The notes: generated by a model from the letters alone, not told the origin. 64,000 bases of DNA from Thermoproteota archaeon (GCA_027492035.1 JAOZFT010000004.1:160001-224000); one strand, 5' to 3'; positions 19,540 to 29,364 are shown, counted from the first letter of the stretch. Numbers and translations: made by a program.

Positions 19540-20160
19540 TAAGGTGACCGTATTACTTGACTATATTTTCTTTCCCTGATTGTTCATGGGAAATGGAAAC
19601 CCTTTGTGTCACCATCTTTTGGAGTTGATTTAGATGCTTATGCATTTTTACAAATAGATTTTTATTTACCATTCAGCATTTTTGTCATGGGCATTATTAC
19701 TCAACTCTCTTAGAATATTTAACGTATTTGAGATTACCTTTTCCCTTCTCCCTTTACAAGATTGTACAACTAAATTGCACAATTATTGACATATTTGCGA
19801 TACTTACCGTGGACAACTTTTATCATTACTTTACTACATACACCTATACTCTTATTGGGGAAAAAGTATTACTGTGCAGTGAGCATAATATCAAAATATT
19901 TATAAATTGAAACTTTCGGGAAAAGTAGTTAGCAACTTAATAGCGGCGGTTGTATGGATTGCAGTCTGTGGAATGTCTTGGAAGTAGATGTTGGAGTTAG
20001 TAAAGGGCATGACGGATTTGGATACTCAGTAATGTTTCGCATCTTGTCCTTATTTAGGTTACTTAACAAGTGTGTACCTGGTTTGGGCTTTCAGCTCTCA
20101 CCCAAATTATTTGCAGCGACTTCAGATACCAGCCGGACGTTATGCTAACAAGAAATTAAC
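19540..20160 (+). pseudogene. Heavily decayed membrane-protein gene remnant (possibly ABC-2 permease-like)
   Basis: Hydrophobic translated stretches (FYLPFSIFVMGII; YLFPSPFTRLYN*IAQLLTY; NLIAAVVWIAVCG) broken by many stops and a frameshift. Confidence 0.35.
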
Positions 20161-20221
20161 AGAACACTTTTTCTGGTCTCTCTTTAAATCAAGTTTTTCT
20201 AAAGAAATAAAGGGGTTACTT

Positions 20222-21274
20222 ATGTTGGAAATAGATGGTTCATTTCTTGAAGGTGGAGGTCAGATATTAAGGACAGCGATAGCTCTTTCAGCTGTGTTGA
20301 ACAAAGATGTAAAGGTTGTGAATATAAGGTCGAAAAGAAAGAAACCTGGCCTTAAACCTCAGCATTTCGCTTCAGTAAACATGGTTGCTAAGTTAACTGG
20401 AGCAGAAGTTGAGGGGTTAAGAATAGGTTCCAAAGAAATAGTGTTTAAACCTAAGACAATAAAGGGCGGGAGTTTCATAATGGACATAGGCACAGCTGGC
20501 AGTGTTACTTTAGTTCTGCAAACTCTTCTTCCTTTCATAATTTATGCACCCACAAAACTTAATTTAGTCATAAGGGGAGGAACAAATGTGGCTTTCTCCC
20601 CTCAAGTAGATTACTTCATAAACGTGTTTACCCGTTGGGCCAAAAGTATAGGAGTGGAAATGGAGCTAGAGTTAGTTAAAAGAGGAACATACCCAAAGGG
20701 GGGAGGAGTGGTTAAAGTTTCTGTTAAACCATTAAAAACAATTCAGGGATTCTCTTTCCTGGAGAGAGGGGAAGTGAAAAAAATAAAAGGGATTTCTTGG
20801 TGTGAAAACTTACCGTTACACGTATGCAAGAGACAAAAAGAATCAGCTGAAAAATTACTTTACCAAGCCGGATATGAAGATGTAGAAATTGCAGTTCAAG
20901 CTGGAAAGATGAGTAGAAGCCCAGGAAGCGGGGTAGTGGTGTGGGCTGAAACAACAAACAAAGCCTTCATTGGGGCTGATTCCCTTGGAGAAAGAGGTAA
21001 ACCTGCAGAGAAAGTTGGTAGAGAAGCAGCTAATAAACTTTTGACAGAGTTAACATTGAAAGCACCCCTAGATAAACATATGGGAGACCAAGTTATTCCC
21101 TTTATGGGTTTAGCTCAAGGAACATCTCAAGTTAAAGTTACAGAGATAACTCGCCACACTAAAACAAATATTTTCGTTACAGAAAAAATTTTGAAAGTGA
21201 ATTTTGAGGTGGAAGATGATAAACCAGGGTTGATAAGGGTTAAGGGCATGGGTGCACAAAACAAATTTATTTAG
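20222..21274 (+). CDS. rtcA: RNA 3'-terminal phosphate cyclase
   Basis: IDGSFLEGGGQILR, PGLKPQH, GTAGS, YPKGGG, DKHMGDQ; real start ATG 20222. Confidence 0.96.
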   Translation: MLEIDGSFLEGGGQILRTAIALSAVLNKDVKVVNIRSKRKKPGLKPQHFASVNMVAKLTGAEVEGLRIGSKEIVFKPKTIKGGSFIMDIGTAGSVTLVLQTLLPFIIYAPTKLNLVIRGGTNVAFSPQVDYFINVFTRWAKSIGVEMELELVKRGTYPKGGGVVKVSVKPLKTIQGFSFLERGEVKKIKGISWCENLPLHVCKRQKESAEKLLYQAGYEDVEIAVQAGKMSRSPGSGVVVWAETTNKAFIGADSLGERGKPAEKVGREAANKLLTELTLKAPLDKHMGDQVIPFMGLAQGTSQVKVTEITRHTKTNIFVTEKILKVNFEVEDDKPGLIRVKGMGAQNKFI

Positions 21275-23430
21275 ATTTTTCTGCGCCCAATAAATACCAA
21301 CAAAGCTAGAATCAACACATCCAACCCTACTAAAGCTGCAATAACCAAATCTCTACTTTCTAGACCGAGTAGAGGAAATATGGTAAAAGTTGGTGGAACA
21401 AGAATTTTTACAGTTGCAGAATCCAAGACTAACCCCTGATTGCTTAATTGCGCATTTAATGCTTGATAACCTTCTTTTTCAGGAATAACGGAGAATAGGT
21501 AAGTCGCTTGTTCCCCTGGCTCTATTTCAATATCCCTTTGGTGAGGGTTAATTGAGAAATTAACTGATTCTAATGTCACAGTAAAAGAGGATTTAGTTTC
21601 ACCAGTATTTCTTACTGTTAAGTTAATTATGCCTGGGCTATTTAGTTTGAGGGTTTGGGGGGAATTTATTTTGACAAATTCAGCTTTCGCTTCATAAACT
21701 AAAATTTTTGCTTCTTTCCTGGTCTGTTGACCTAAATAACTAAGTACTATGGACAATTTTTTTTCACCTCCTCCTTTTGGTCTAATGTGGAAAGATAGAG
21801 CTGTTGCTTCATCAGGTTTCAAAGTTGCTTTTTTTTGGTTAGGGGTTATTTCAAAATCAGGTGATGACAATGAAACGTTAAACTCGGTTTCGATGCCTCC
21901 ATCGTTAGTTACTACCACGGTTACTTTTCCTTCTGAACCCAATGACATTTCGGAGGGTAGTTCTGAAATAGTGAAGTAGCCGTGAGCAGAAAGTACATCG
22001 ATCTCCACTGTTTGCGTTGTGGTTTTATCGCCATAAGTTAGGGTAAATTGCACCGTTTTATGTCCTTCTTTTAAAGGTGTTAACTTAAGGTAAATGGTTT
22101 TTTTGCCTTTAGGTGGGATAGAGTAGGTTTCGGTGCTTATAGAACTATTGAAATCTGCAGCTGAAACTTTTAGTAGAAAATTGCCGGATGTTTCACTTGG
22201 ATTTTCAATTTCAATGCCGATTTGGTAACTTTTCCCTTTAATCATTTCTTTGGGGTAATCTATGACGTTCAAGTTTCCTTGGAGAGAATATTCTACTTCC
22301 AAAGTGATTTGTAAGTAATTTACATAACTGTTACCTAATTCATCGTAATAACTAACCCTGATCTGTATCAAGTGGTAGCCTGTTTCAACAGCTTTTAAAT
22401 GAAATGCAACTGACTCTTTGTCTCCTGGATCTAAATTAACTATTTTTGCTATAGGGTAAGGTGCTTCAAAACCTGGTGCAGCAGTAATTTCTAAGTAGAG
22501 ATTTTTAGCAGTAGATTCTCCATCGTTGGTTAGAGTTACATAGAGATTAAAGTCTTCACCGTATTTCACAGTTGAAGGGAAACTATACCAAAGACTAATT
22601 GGCCCCGGCTTAAGCGATTTCACATTAACAGTAACTGTTTCTGTATCTATCAATCTCGAGTAGCTGTACAGCTTAAAGGTGATGGGTATACTGCCCGTCA
22701 CAGTGGGTGTGACGGAAAAACTAAGTGTTGTATCTGAGTATGGAGGTAAAGAAATTGTTTGGGAGGGAGTAGATGTCGTGAACCCGTTTCCTGAAAAATA
22801 CACTGTGAACACTTTTGAAAAATACATTAAATTCCTTACATTAACTTCAACTGTGTATCCTTTGTTAACCCACATTGGAGATGGAGCATTAATGATCGTT
22901 AATTCACCTTCTTCCAAGTAATAGTTATGATAATAAAATTGTAATTCTTGGTATCCTATTAAGTGAGAGCTTGAATCCTTTAAAGTGACATTCCAGAGAT
23001 AGTAACCTTCAGAGTCGTGGCTTCCAGGGATGAAGGGGCCTATTCTGTAGGAGCCTGAGTTTGGTAAACTAATTTCCGATATGAGGGAGTAGGTGGAGGG
23101 AGGGTAAGGGTAGTTTTCTAGTATAGAGAGATAAGTGTTTGAGTGGTTAGTGGCCACGAACAACCAAACTTCATCTCCTTCATAGAAGGAGGTAGTAATT
23201 TGTCCATAACTATTTTCTAACCAGCAAGTTAAGTTAGAGTTATAATGAAAAGGACTTACATAAATTACCTGAAGGTGAGGGGAATAAAACTTACTGTTAG
23301 CGTCGGGTCTCGTTGAAATACCGTAAGCTTGTGGAACAAAAAGGGAGGTGCCGGAAAAAAGGAAAACAAAAATTAAAGATGTAACGGCGGTTTTAATTGC
23401 AGAACGTTCCTTAAAATGTTTTTCGTCCAT
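21271..23430 (-). CDS. Secreted, C-terminally anchored surface protein with tandem CARDB/Ig-like domains
   Basis: N-terminal hydrophobic signal, ~5 repeats of 'V.V.N.G...F.V.L.S..F.I.P....L.P.E', C-terminal TM followed by RRKI. Confidence 0.8.
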   Translation of the reverse strand: MDEKHFKERSAIKTAVTSLIFVFLFSGTSLFVPQAYGISTRPDANSKFYSPHLQVIYVSPFHYNSNLTCWLENSYGQITTSFYEGDEVWLFVATNHSNTYLSILENYPYPPSTYSLISEISLPNSGSYRIGPFIPGSHDSEGYYLWNVTLKDSSSHLIGYQELQFYYHNYYLEEGELTIINAPSPMWVNKGYTVEVNVRNLMYFSKVFTVYFSGNGFTTSTPSQTISLPPYSDTTLSFSVTPTVTGSIPITFKLYSYSRLIDTETVTVNVKSLKPGPISLWYSFPSTVKYGEDFNLYVTLTNDGESTAKNLYLEITAAPGFEAPYPIAKIVNLDPGDKESVAFHLKAVETGYHLIQIRVSYYDELGNSYVNYLQITLEVEYSLQGNLNVIDYPKEMIKGKSYQIGIEIENPSETSGNFLLKVSAADFNSSISTETYSIPPKGKKTIYLKLTPLKEGHKTVQFTLTYGDKTTTQTVEIDVLSAHGYFTISELPSEMSLGSEGKVTVVVTNDGGIETEFNVSLSSPDFEITPNQKKATLKPDEATALSFHIRPKGGGEKKLSIVLSYLGQQTRKEAKILVYEAKAEFVKINSPQTLKLNSPGIINLTVRNTGETKSSFTVTLESVNFSINPHQRDIEIEPGEQATYLFSVIPEKEGYQALNAQLSNQGLVLDSATVKILVPPTFTIFPLLGLESRDLVIAALVGLDVLILALLVFIGRRKI

Positions 23431-23616
23431 ATTCCTCCCTCCCACGAAAAAAGCCTTCATGAAAATTTTTCACTTACATTAGTTTTTTATTTTAAAGCCT
23501 CAGAAAGAATATTAAATTTAATTCTTTTCCCCGGGAAAAAAATAAATGTTTTTTTAAGTTAAAAAGTTTGAAATGCTTTTTTGTAGATAGTTTCTTTTTA
23601 ATTGTAGGTGTTGTTA

Positions 23617-24897
23617 TTGAGCGTGAAGGATGCTTTTGTTTATGGAGAAGATTATGGCACATCAAAGTTTAAGTTTGGACCCGTTTTCCTCCATGAAAAA
23701 CCTGAAATGATAGATAATAGAGGATACTTCCCTTCACCTTCACAACTTTTACCTCATATGATGGAGGAAGAAGTAAAAGAAGTTGTTGTGGGAGAAGAGG
23801 TTCAGAAGTATCTGGAAACAATAGAAGATTTATCTACTAAGTTGATTTATCCAATGAGGAAGGGAGTAGTTAGAAAAGACGATAAAAAAGCTTGGAAAGT
23901 CATAAAAGAGATAACTAAATATGGATTGTTGAAGTTCTTCCCAAAAAGAATGAAAGAATTCAACGGATTCTATGTTGTCTCCTCGCTTGCCGCTCAATCA
24001 CCACGTTACATGTACGAAAGAATTTTTGAAGTGCATAAGGAAATAAATGAAGAAGAGAATGTACCCCTTGTAAATTCCATAACAATAATTCCTCAACCAT
24101 TGGCTGTAGCTATTTCACATAAGGCAGTTACTTGCACCGTAATAGAGAGTGGTCACGGGAACACCCAAATCACACCAGTTAGTAGAGGATTAATAAGAGG
24201 TGCAATAATAGCTTTGAACAGAGGCGGAAGCGATGCAAATGCAATTACTGCCCAAATCCTTAAAGATATTGGATATAGTGACTTAGCTAGGGAAGAAAAA
24301 TTTGTTACTTTATTTAAAGAGGAAGTAGGCTTACTTCCACTGGATTTGAATATGGCAATAGATAAAGCTAAAAGGAATCCTGAAAGATTTGGGGTTATTT
24401 TTAAAGTTCCAGGGACATCAATAGAGGTTGAACTGAAAGAGGATTCATGGCAGCGTTTCTTGATAGGGGAGTATATATTTAATCCTCAGCATGAAATTTT
24501 TGAATCATATTACCAAAGGGGGTTCACTAAGCCTAGGGATACTTATATAGCTGGTGAGGAAGTTATTCCTGGTTTAGCCTCTCTTTCTGAAGTAATAATA
24601 AAATCCGTTGAGAAATGCCCGACAGAGATTCAGCCTATGTTATACCGGGACATAATTCTTTCAGGTGGAAATTTCCTTTGGAGAGTGCCCCTAAGTATGG
24701 TAGATGTTGCCACGAATTCTCAAACCAAGATAAAGTTGATGTTAGAGGAAAAGGGAATTCCTGATGTAATAGTACGGGCTGCTGAAAATCCTCAATATAG
24801 TGTTTGGAGAGGGGCTATAGTTTATGGGTTATCCTTCCCAGAGGAGGTGGAGTGGAACTGGGAAAAAATGGAAGGCTGGCTTAAGTTAATAAACTAG
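23617..24897 (+). CDS. Crenactin (archaeal actin)
   Basis: GEDYGTS phosphate-1, YPMRKG, PQPLAV, ESGHGNTQITP phosphate-2, ILSGG, QYSVWRGA, C-terminal WNWEKMEGW. Confidence 0.93.
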   Translation: MSVKDAFVYGEDYGTSKFKFGPVFLHEKPEMIDNRGYFPSPSQLLPHMMEEEVKEVVVGEEVQKYLETIEDLSTKLIYPMRKGVVRKDDKKAWKVIKEITKYGLLKFFPKRMKEFNGFYVVSSLAAQSPRYMYERIFEVHKEINEEENVPLVNSITIIPQPLAVAISHKAVTCTVIESGHGNTQITPVSRGLIRGAIIALNRGGSDANAITAQILKDIGYSDLAREEKFVTLFKEEVGLLPLDLNMAIDKAKRNPERFGVIFKVPGTSIEVELKEDSWQRFLIGEYIFNPQHEIFESYYQRGFTKPRDTYIAGEEVIPGLASLSEVIIKSVEKCPTEIQPMLYRDIILSGGNFLWRVPLSMVDVATNSQTKIKLMLEEKGIPDVIVRAAENPQYSVWRGAIVYGLSFPEEVEWNWEKMEGWLKLIN

Positions 24898-27332
24898 TTC
24901 TCTAATTCACTGACTGAACTGAAACCATTTATTTTCTTAATATGGAGGAGTTTACAGTTGACCCCTGCCTTTTTAGAGATTTTTAAAATTTTCCCTTTCA
25001 GAATATTATCTTGTGTTGCAACTAAAACTTGATGGAATACATTGCTTTTTAAAAGGGTTGAAAGGAAGACTTCCTTACATAGTTCATCTGTACCTGGTAA
25101 GGGGTCATCAAAAGCTATGAAACCTAAATTGTGGGGGCTTAAGGTGTATGAAGCAAGCAGGATAGACAGTGTTACTATTATTTTTTGACCGTCACTTAGT
25201 TTCAACGTAAATGGAACTACTTCTTTATCCCGAGTTTTCACAACTAAAAACCTATAGATGCTTCTCTTGCCCCTTTTGTCCTCTATTTCTTCTATTTTAA
25301 TAAGGATTTGAGAGAGGTCATTGTATGGGTAAATATGGTTGAAGAAACTATTTGCTGTTGTATTCAAGTTAGATACCACCTTCTTCCTCAATTCTGTTTG
25401 AATTGCGCGATAGCTTTCTCTGATAGAAATTAATTCGGTAAGAAATTCTGACAACCTTTTTTCTTTGTCTCTTAATTCTTTAAGTTTACCTTTGATTTTA
25501 ACGAGATGAGGTATGTTCTTTTGTAGCGTTAATATTTGTTTTCCTATGTTCCTTCTTTCATTTTTCAAAGAATTCAGTTGTTGAGTATTGAGGGAAAGCT
25601 CTTCAACTGTTTCCAAGTACTCTTCTTCATTAAAATTAAGCATTTCTATTCTTTTTTCAACTTCGCTCAAATTTGTTTCTATCTCAGAAAGTTTCTCCTT
25701 TAGCATTTCTATTTCCTTTATCTCCAGAGAGATAGTGTCTAACTTCCTTATTTTTTGTAGGCATATGTTTCTCGATTTTATTTTTTCGTTTATTTCATCC
25801 AGTTTCCTTTTTTCGTTTTCTACCCTAATTTCTAGCAATTTTTTGTCGTTAGTCAGTTTCTCCAGTTCTTGATTTACTTTTTTGAGGTTTAGAATGTCTA
25901 GACTTAATTTTTCAAGTCGATCTTTGGCGTCTGTAAGTTCAGTGTGGAGTTCATTGAGCTCAGAAAACCTAGCAGTTATTTTCATTATTTTCTTTTCATT
26001 TTCCCTTATTTTAGTGTTTAGTTTATCTATTTCTGACTTAGTTACTTTATGGCCGCAAACTAGGCATTCAGTTTCATTTGTTTTCTGTAACTCGTTTGTT
26101 AGAGTAGATAGTATCTTATTTACTGCCTTAACTTCTTTTTCTTTTACTTCCAGAGTTGAAAGTTCTTGCTCTATTTTCTTAATTCTTTTCTCTATTTCGG
26201 GGAGGGAACCATACTTCATTGATAATTTTTCAGCTTCCTTCCTTAGAGATTCAGCTATTACCCTTTTCTTGGTTAAGTTATCAATTTCTCCTCTCTTCTT
26301 TTCAGCTTCTAAAGTTAATTCTTTTATGTTCCTTTCCAGTAACATCTTTTCCTCTTCAAATTCCCTTATTTTTTTATGTATTACTTCCAGTTGAAAGGGC
26401 CCCGAAGAAAATGCGTTTTCATTTATTGGTGTTAAATTGATTTCATGAAACCCAGAACAAAGTTCTCTCGTTTCTTTTATCAAGTTATCTCTTTCAGAAA
26501 CTAAGTTTTCAATGTTTTTCCCACCCAAGTGTAGCAGAATTTCTTCTTTCCTGACTTCAAGGTTGGTTTTTTCCCTTATTAGACTAAAGTACTCTCCTTT
26601 ATCTTTTTCTATTTCTTCTTTCTTTTGCAGCAAAGTATTGCAAATTTTTTGCAGTTCCCTTTCTTCAGCCGCCAGCTCTTCTTCCTTTTTTAAGAGGTTT
26701 TTTAATGTTTCTTTCTTTCCGGGTAAAGATTTTACTTCTGGATAGGTAGTAACCAATTCGTTTATTTTTTGTTTAAGCTTTTCAAGTTCGTTCTTCACCG
26801 TTTTTACTGGAAAAGACTTGTAAAGGTTTTCTAATTCTGAAATCCCCATTAAGCGATCCATGATAATTGTCCGCTCAGAATCAGAACCGAAAATTAACGT
26901 TTGCAGCTCATGGTTCCTCACCAGCACATGTTTTGAGAATTCATCTGGAGTTATTTGAACTATGGCGCCTATCTTTTTCTCCACGTTTTTCTTGATTTCT
27001 TTACCTTTAAGAATTAATTTTGTCCTTAATGGGTTCCTTAATTTTTTTGTTCTAAGGATTTCAAGAACTGTTCCCTCCTCGCTAAAAAGTTCAAGTTCTA
27101 CATCCATTTCCGTAGAGCCACTGAGCATCAGGTCATCCACCTTCATTTCTCTTAGTTTCCTGGTTTCGTATGTATCCCCGAAAAGGGCAAATTCAATAGC
27201 GTCAAAAATAGTTGTTTTTCCTGCACCTGTTCTACCGTACAATAGAATTAAGCCAGGGCTGAGATTAATTACAGTTTTATTTTTAAAAGATTTAAAGTTC
27301 CCGATTGCTATTTTCTTTATGGTGTAAGCCAT
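24894..27332 (-). CDS. SMC-superfamily ATPase with Zn-hook (Arcadin-4/ClsN/Rad50-like)
   Basis: NFKSF, Walker A GRTGAGKT, long coiled coils, central CLVC hook, signature LSDGQK, Walker B FDDP; no mre11 nearby. Confidence 0.88.
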   Translation of the reverse strand: MAYTIKKIAIGNFKSFKNKTVINLSPGLILLYGRTGAGKTTIFDAIEFALFGDTYETRKLREMKVDDLMLSGSTEMDVELELFSEEGTVLEILRTKKLRNPLRTKLILKGKEIKKNVEKKIGAIVQITPDEFSKHVLVRNHELQTLIFGSDSERTIIMDRLMGISELENLYKSFPVKTVKNELEKLKQKINELVTTYPEVKSLPGKKETLKNLLKKEEELAAEERELQKICNTLLQKKEEIEKDKGEYFSLIREKTNLEVRKEEILLHLGGKNIENLVSERDNLIKETRELCSGFHEINLTPINENAFSSGPFQLEVIHKKIREFEEEKMLLERNIKELTLEAEKKRGEIDNLTKKRVIAESLRKEAEKLSMKYGSLPEIEKRIKKIEQELSTLEVKEKEVKAVNKILSTLTNELQKTNETECLVCGHKVTKSEIDKLNTKIRENEKKIMKITARFSELNELHTELTDAKDRLEKLSLDILNLKKVNQELEKLTNDKKLLEIRVENEKRKLDEINEKIKSRNICLQKIRKLDTISLEIKEIEMLKEKLSEIETNLSEVEKRIEMLNFNEEEYLETVEELSLNTQQLNSLKNERRNIGKQILTLQKNIPHLVKIKGKLKELRDKEKRLSEFLTELISIRESYRAIQTELRKKVVSNLNTTANSFFNHIYPYNDLSQILIKIEEIEDKRGKRSIYRFLVVKTRDKEVVPFTLKLSDGQKIIVTLSILLASYTLSPHNLGFIAFDDPLPGTDELCKEVFLSTLLKSNVFHQVLVATQDNILKGKILKISKKAGVNCKLLHIKKINGFSSVSELEN

Positions 27333-27340
27333 GTAAACAC

Positions 27341-27502
27341 CTATTTTGAAAGCTTCGTTAATATTTCCTTTATTTCTTCCTCGACTCCACTAACTCCCTT
27401 ACGTAAGTAGATCTCGAAAAGTTTAAAAGCCAAGTCACGTGTATGCTTATTCTCCTTAAAATATTCGTTTAATAATTTTTTTACCTCCTCTTTTACACTC
27501 AT
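27341..27502 (-). CDS. Small 53-aa helical protein upstream of the SMC ATPase (Arcadin-3-like candidate)
   Basis: Below the ORF-track cutoff: MSVKEEVKKLLNEYFKENKHTRDLAFKLFEIYLRKGVSGVEEEIKEILTKLSK; SD AGGT upstream; stop lies 8 bp before the SMC start. Confidence 0.75.
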   Translation of the reverse strand: MSVKEEVKKLLNEYFKENKHTRDLAFKLFEIYLRKGVSGVEEEIKEILTKLSK

Positions 27503-27546
27503 AACTTTCTTACCTGCAGAAAATTGTTTTTTGGTTTAAGTGAGAA

Positions 27547-28086
27547 GTGATGACTGAGAGAGGATTGTTTGTGGGAAGATTTCAACCTTTTCATTTAGGC
27601 CACAGTTTTGCCATTAAATATATTTTAGAGAAAGTTAATAATTTAATAGTTTTGGTGGGTAGCGCCCAGTTTAGCTATACATGGAGAAATCCTTTCACTG
27701 CTGGAGAAAGAATTGAAATGATTTACAGGTCTTTAGATAAACATGATTTAGAGAAAGTGTTAATTATTCCGGTTGACGATACCTATGAGAGAAATTATAT
27801 CTGGGTTAGACATGTAGAAAACTACACGCCTAAATTTAGTGTTGTGTTTTCAAACGATTTTTTAACAAGAAGACTTTTCTTGGACGCGGGGTATAGTGTT
27901 TTAAATGTACCTTTTTACAACAGGAAAGAAGTTTCAGGGACAAGGATAAGGCAACTTATGGCTGAGGAGAAAGAATGGAAAAATTTAGTTCCTAATGGAA
28001 GTAGAGAAGTTATTGAGGAAATAGGGGGAGAAAAGAGAGTAAGAATGATTTTTCAATCACGTAGAATTGAGAATTTTTCCTATTAA
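27547..28086 (+). CDS. nadM: Nicotinamide-nucleotide adenylyltransferase
   Basis: GRFQPFHLGH, GSAQ, NPFTAGER, SGTRIR. Confidence 0.95.
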   Translation: MMTERGLFVGRFQPFHLGHSFAIKYILEKVNNLIVLVGSAQFSYTWRNPFTAGERIEMIYRSLDKHDLEKVLIIPVDDTYERNYIWVRHVENYTPKFSVVFSNDFLTRRLFLDAGYSVLNVPFYNRKEVSGTRIRQLMAEEKEWKNLVPNGSREVIEEIGGEKRVRMIFQSRRIENFSY

Positions 28087-28253
28087 CAGATTTCCTTGTT
28101 TAGCAAAGAGTTTTCGCAGTAGAAAAGGAGAATAGTTGGTTTTAGGATGTAATACATTTTTTGCAACCTTATTTATAAAAGAAAGGAAACTTTAAAATGT
28201 CAATGGAGTTAATGAAATTTTCTTGCGAATTAAGGTTTTAACTGGGGATATAA

Positions 28254-28532
28254 TTGCTTTTGAAATGTCGAAAATGTAAAAAAATTTTTAAAGAGGAAGA
28301 ACTGAAACTAGAGGGGAATCAATATATTTGCCCTAATTGTGGCTATAATTTATTCAGTGTAGTGAGGCTGCTTGATACAGTTAAAAGGTTGCAAGGTACT
28401 GTGGAGGAGAGAGAACCCTTAGAAGAAGCATTCAAAGAATTCGAATTTGAAAACATTAAAGAAGATAAAGAATTAAGTGGTTCAAAGAGGGAAAAAGCTA
28501 AGGCTAGGGAAGAAGAACTTCCTTTACTTTAA
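28254..28532 (+). CDS. Zn-ribbon protein resembling RNAP subunit Rpo12 with a charged C-terminal extension
   Basis: CRKC...CPNCGYNLFSVVR...VKRL resembles the Rpo12 pattern; ~45-aa E/K-rich tail. Confidence 0.55.
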   Translation: MLLKCRKCKKIFKEEELKLEGNQYICPNCGYNLFSVVRLLDTVKRLQGTVEEREPLEEAFKEFEFENIKEDKELSGSKREKAKAREEELPLL

Positions 28533-28537
28533 AAACT

Positions 28538-28819
28538 TTAATCCAGAAGCCCTGCTAAACCTTCTGTTTCCTTTTCTCTTTCTCTTTCGATTTTTTCTAT
28601 AACCAATTTAGCTGTTTCTTCATCAACACTCTTTAACTTAGGCATTTCTTTCTCTATTTCCTTCATTTTTTCTTCTGAAGCATCAACTAAAATAAAATAC
28701 CCTATTTCTTCAAAATCATTTTTCAAGTTGGTAGCAGGAATGAAGTCAAAGCCTATTCTTTTTAGTAAATCATTCCTTTCCAGATATTCTAAGTCTTTAA
28801 CAAAATAAATTTTTCTCAT
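28538..28819 (-). CDS. Hypothetical protein
   Basis: 93-aa ORF with SD (AGGGAG/AAGGT) and protein-like composition. Confidence 0.7.
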   Translation of the reverse strand: MRKIYFVKDLEYLERNDLLKRIGFDFIPATNLKNDFEEIGYFILVDASEEKMKEIEKEMPKLKSVDEETAKLVIEKIEREREKETEGLAGLLD

Positions 28820-28864
28820 TTTCTTCTTACCTTACTCCCTACTAATTTTATTCAGTGTTGCTTC

Positions 28865-28882
28865 AATTTGACGCGTCAAATT
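28865..28882. promoter_or_regulatory. Perfect 18-bp palindrome, candidate operator
   Basis: AATTTGACG-CGTCAAATT, overlapping a TTTAAA TATA-like box, in a divergent intergenic region. Confidence 0.4.
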
Positions 28883-29013
28883 TAAAGTGCAGTTAAGTAA
28901 TAGTGAGCATAGGATGATATAAAAGTATTTAAAAAAGGAAAGGTATTTAAAAAGTTAAAATTTTACCGCAAATTAAATATGGTGAAAGAGAAAATTTAAA
29001 CATTTAACAAGAA

Positions 29014-29355
29014 GTGGTTGAAGTGAGGAGGCGAAGACAGAGAACAACTGTGAGCTTTTTTTTAAGTGAAGCACTTTATGGAGTCGCTTTAAGCTTAATT
29101 ACGATAGCGACATCCTTTTTGATTTCTGAGTTCGGTGTATGGGTTTTTACTCAATGGTTATTTACAAGAGATGCTTTACTTTACATTTTCTTAATTTTGA
29201 ACTTTACAATTTCTGGGACGATAATTTTCGTCCCATTCTATAACAAAAGATTTGTACAAGCTATTGTTGCAGTACTATTTACTACATTTTTTTGGTTTTT
29301 GCTCTTTCAGTTTTACGGCTTTCACCCTGTGGACACCTTGCTAGGTTTAATATAG
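29014..29355 (+). CDS. Small membrane protein (about 3 TM)
   Basis: Basic N-terminus followed by three hydrophobic segments. Confidence 0.7.
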   Translation: MVEVRRRRQRTTVSFFLSEALYGVALSLITIATSFLISEFGVWVFTQWLFTRDALLYIFLILNFTISGTIIFVPFYNKRFVQAIVAVLFTTFFWFLLFQFYGFHPVDTLLGLI

Positions 29356-29364
29356 TCCCAGAAA

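Noticed and set aside
20145-20168. GTTCTGTTAATTTCTTG on the minus strand resembles the 60367 TIR
   Set aside because: Short partial match with no partner end found
24894-27332. Calling the SMC-type ATPase rad50
   Set aside because: No mre11/nurA/herA neighbours; context fits an arcadin-4/ClsN-like protein and phylogeny is needed
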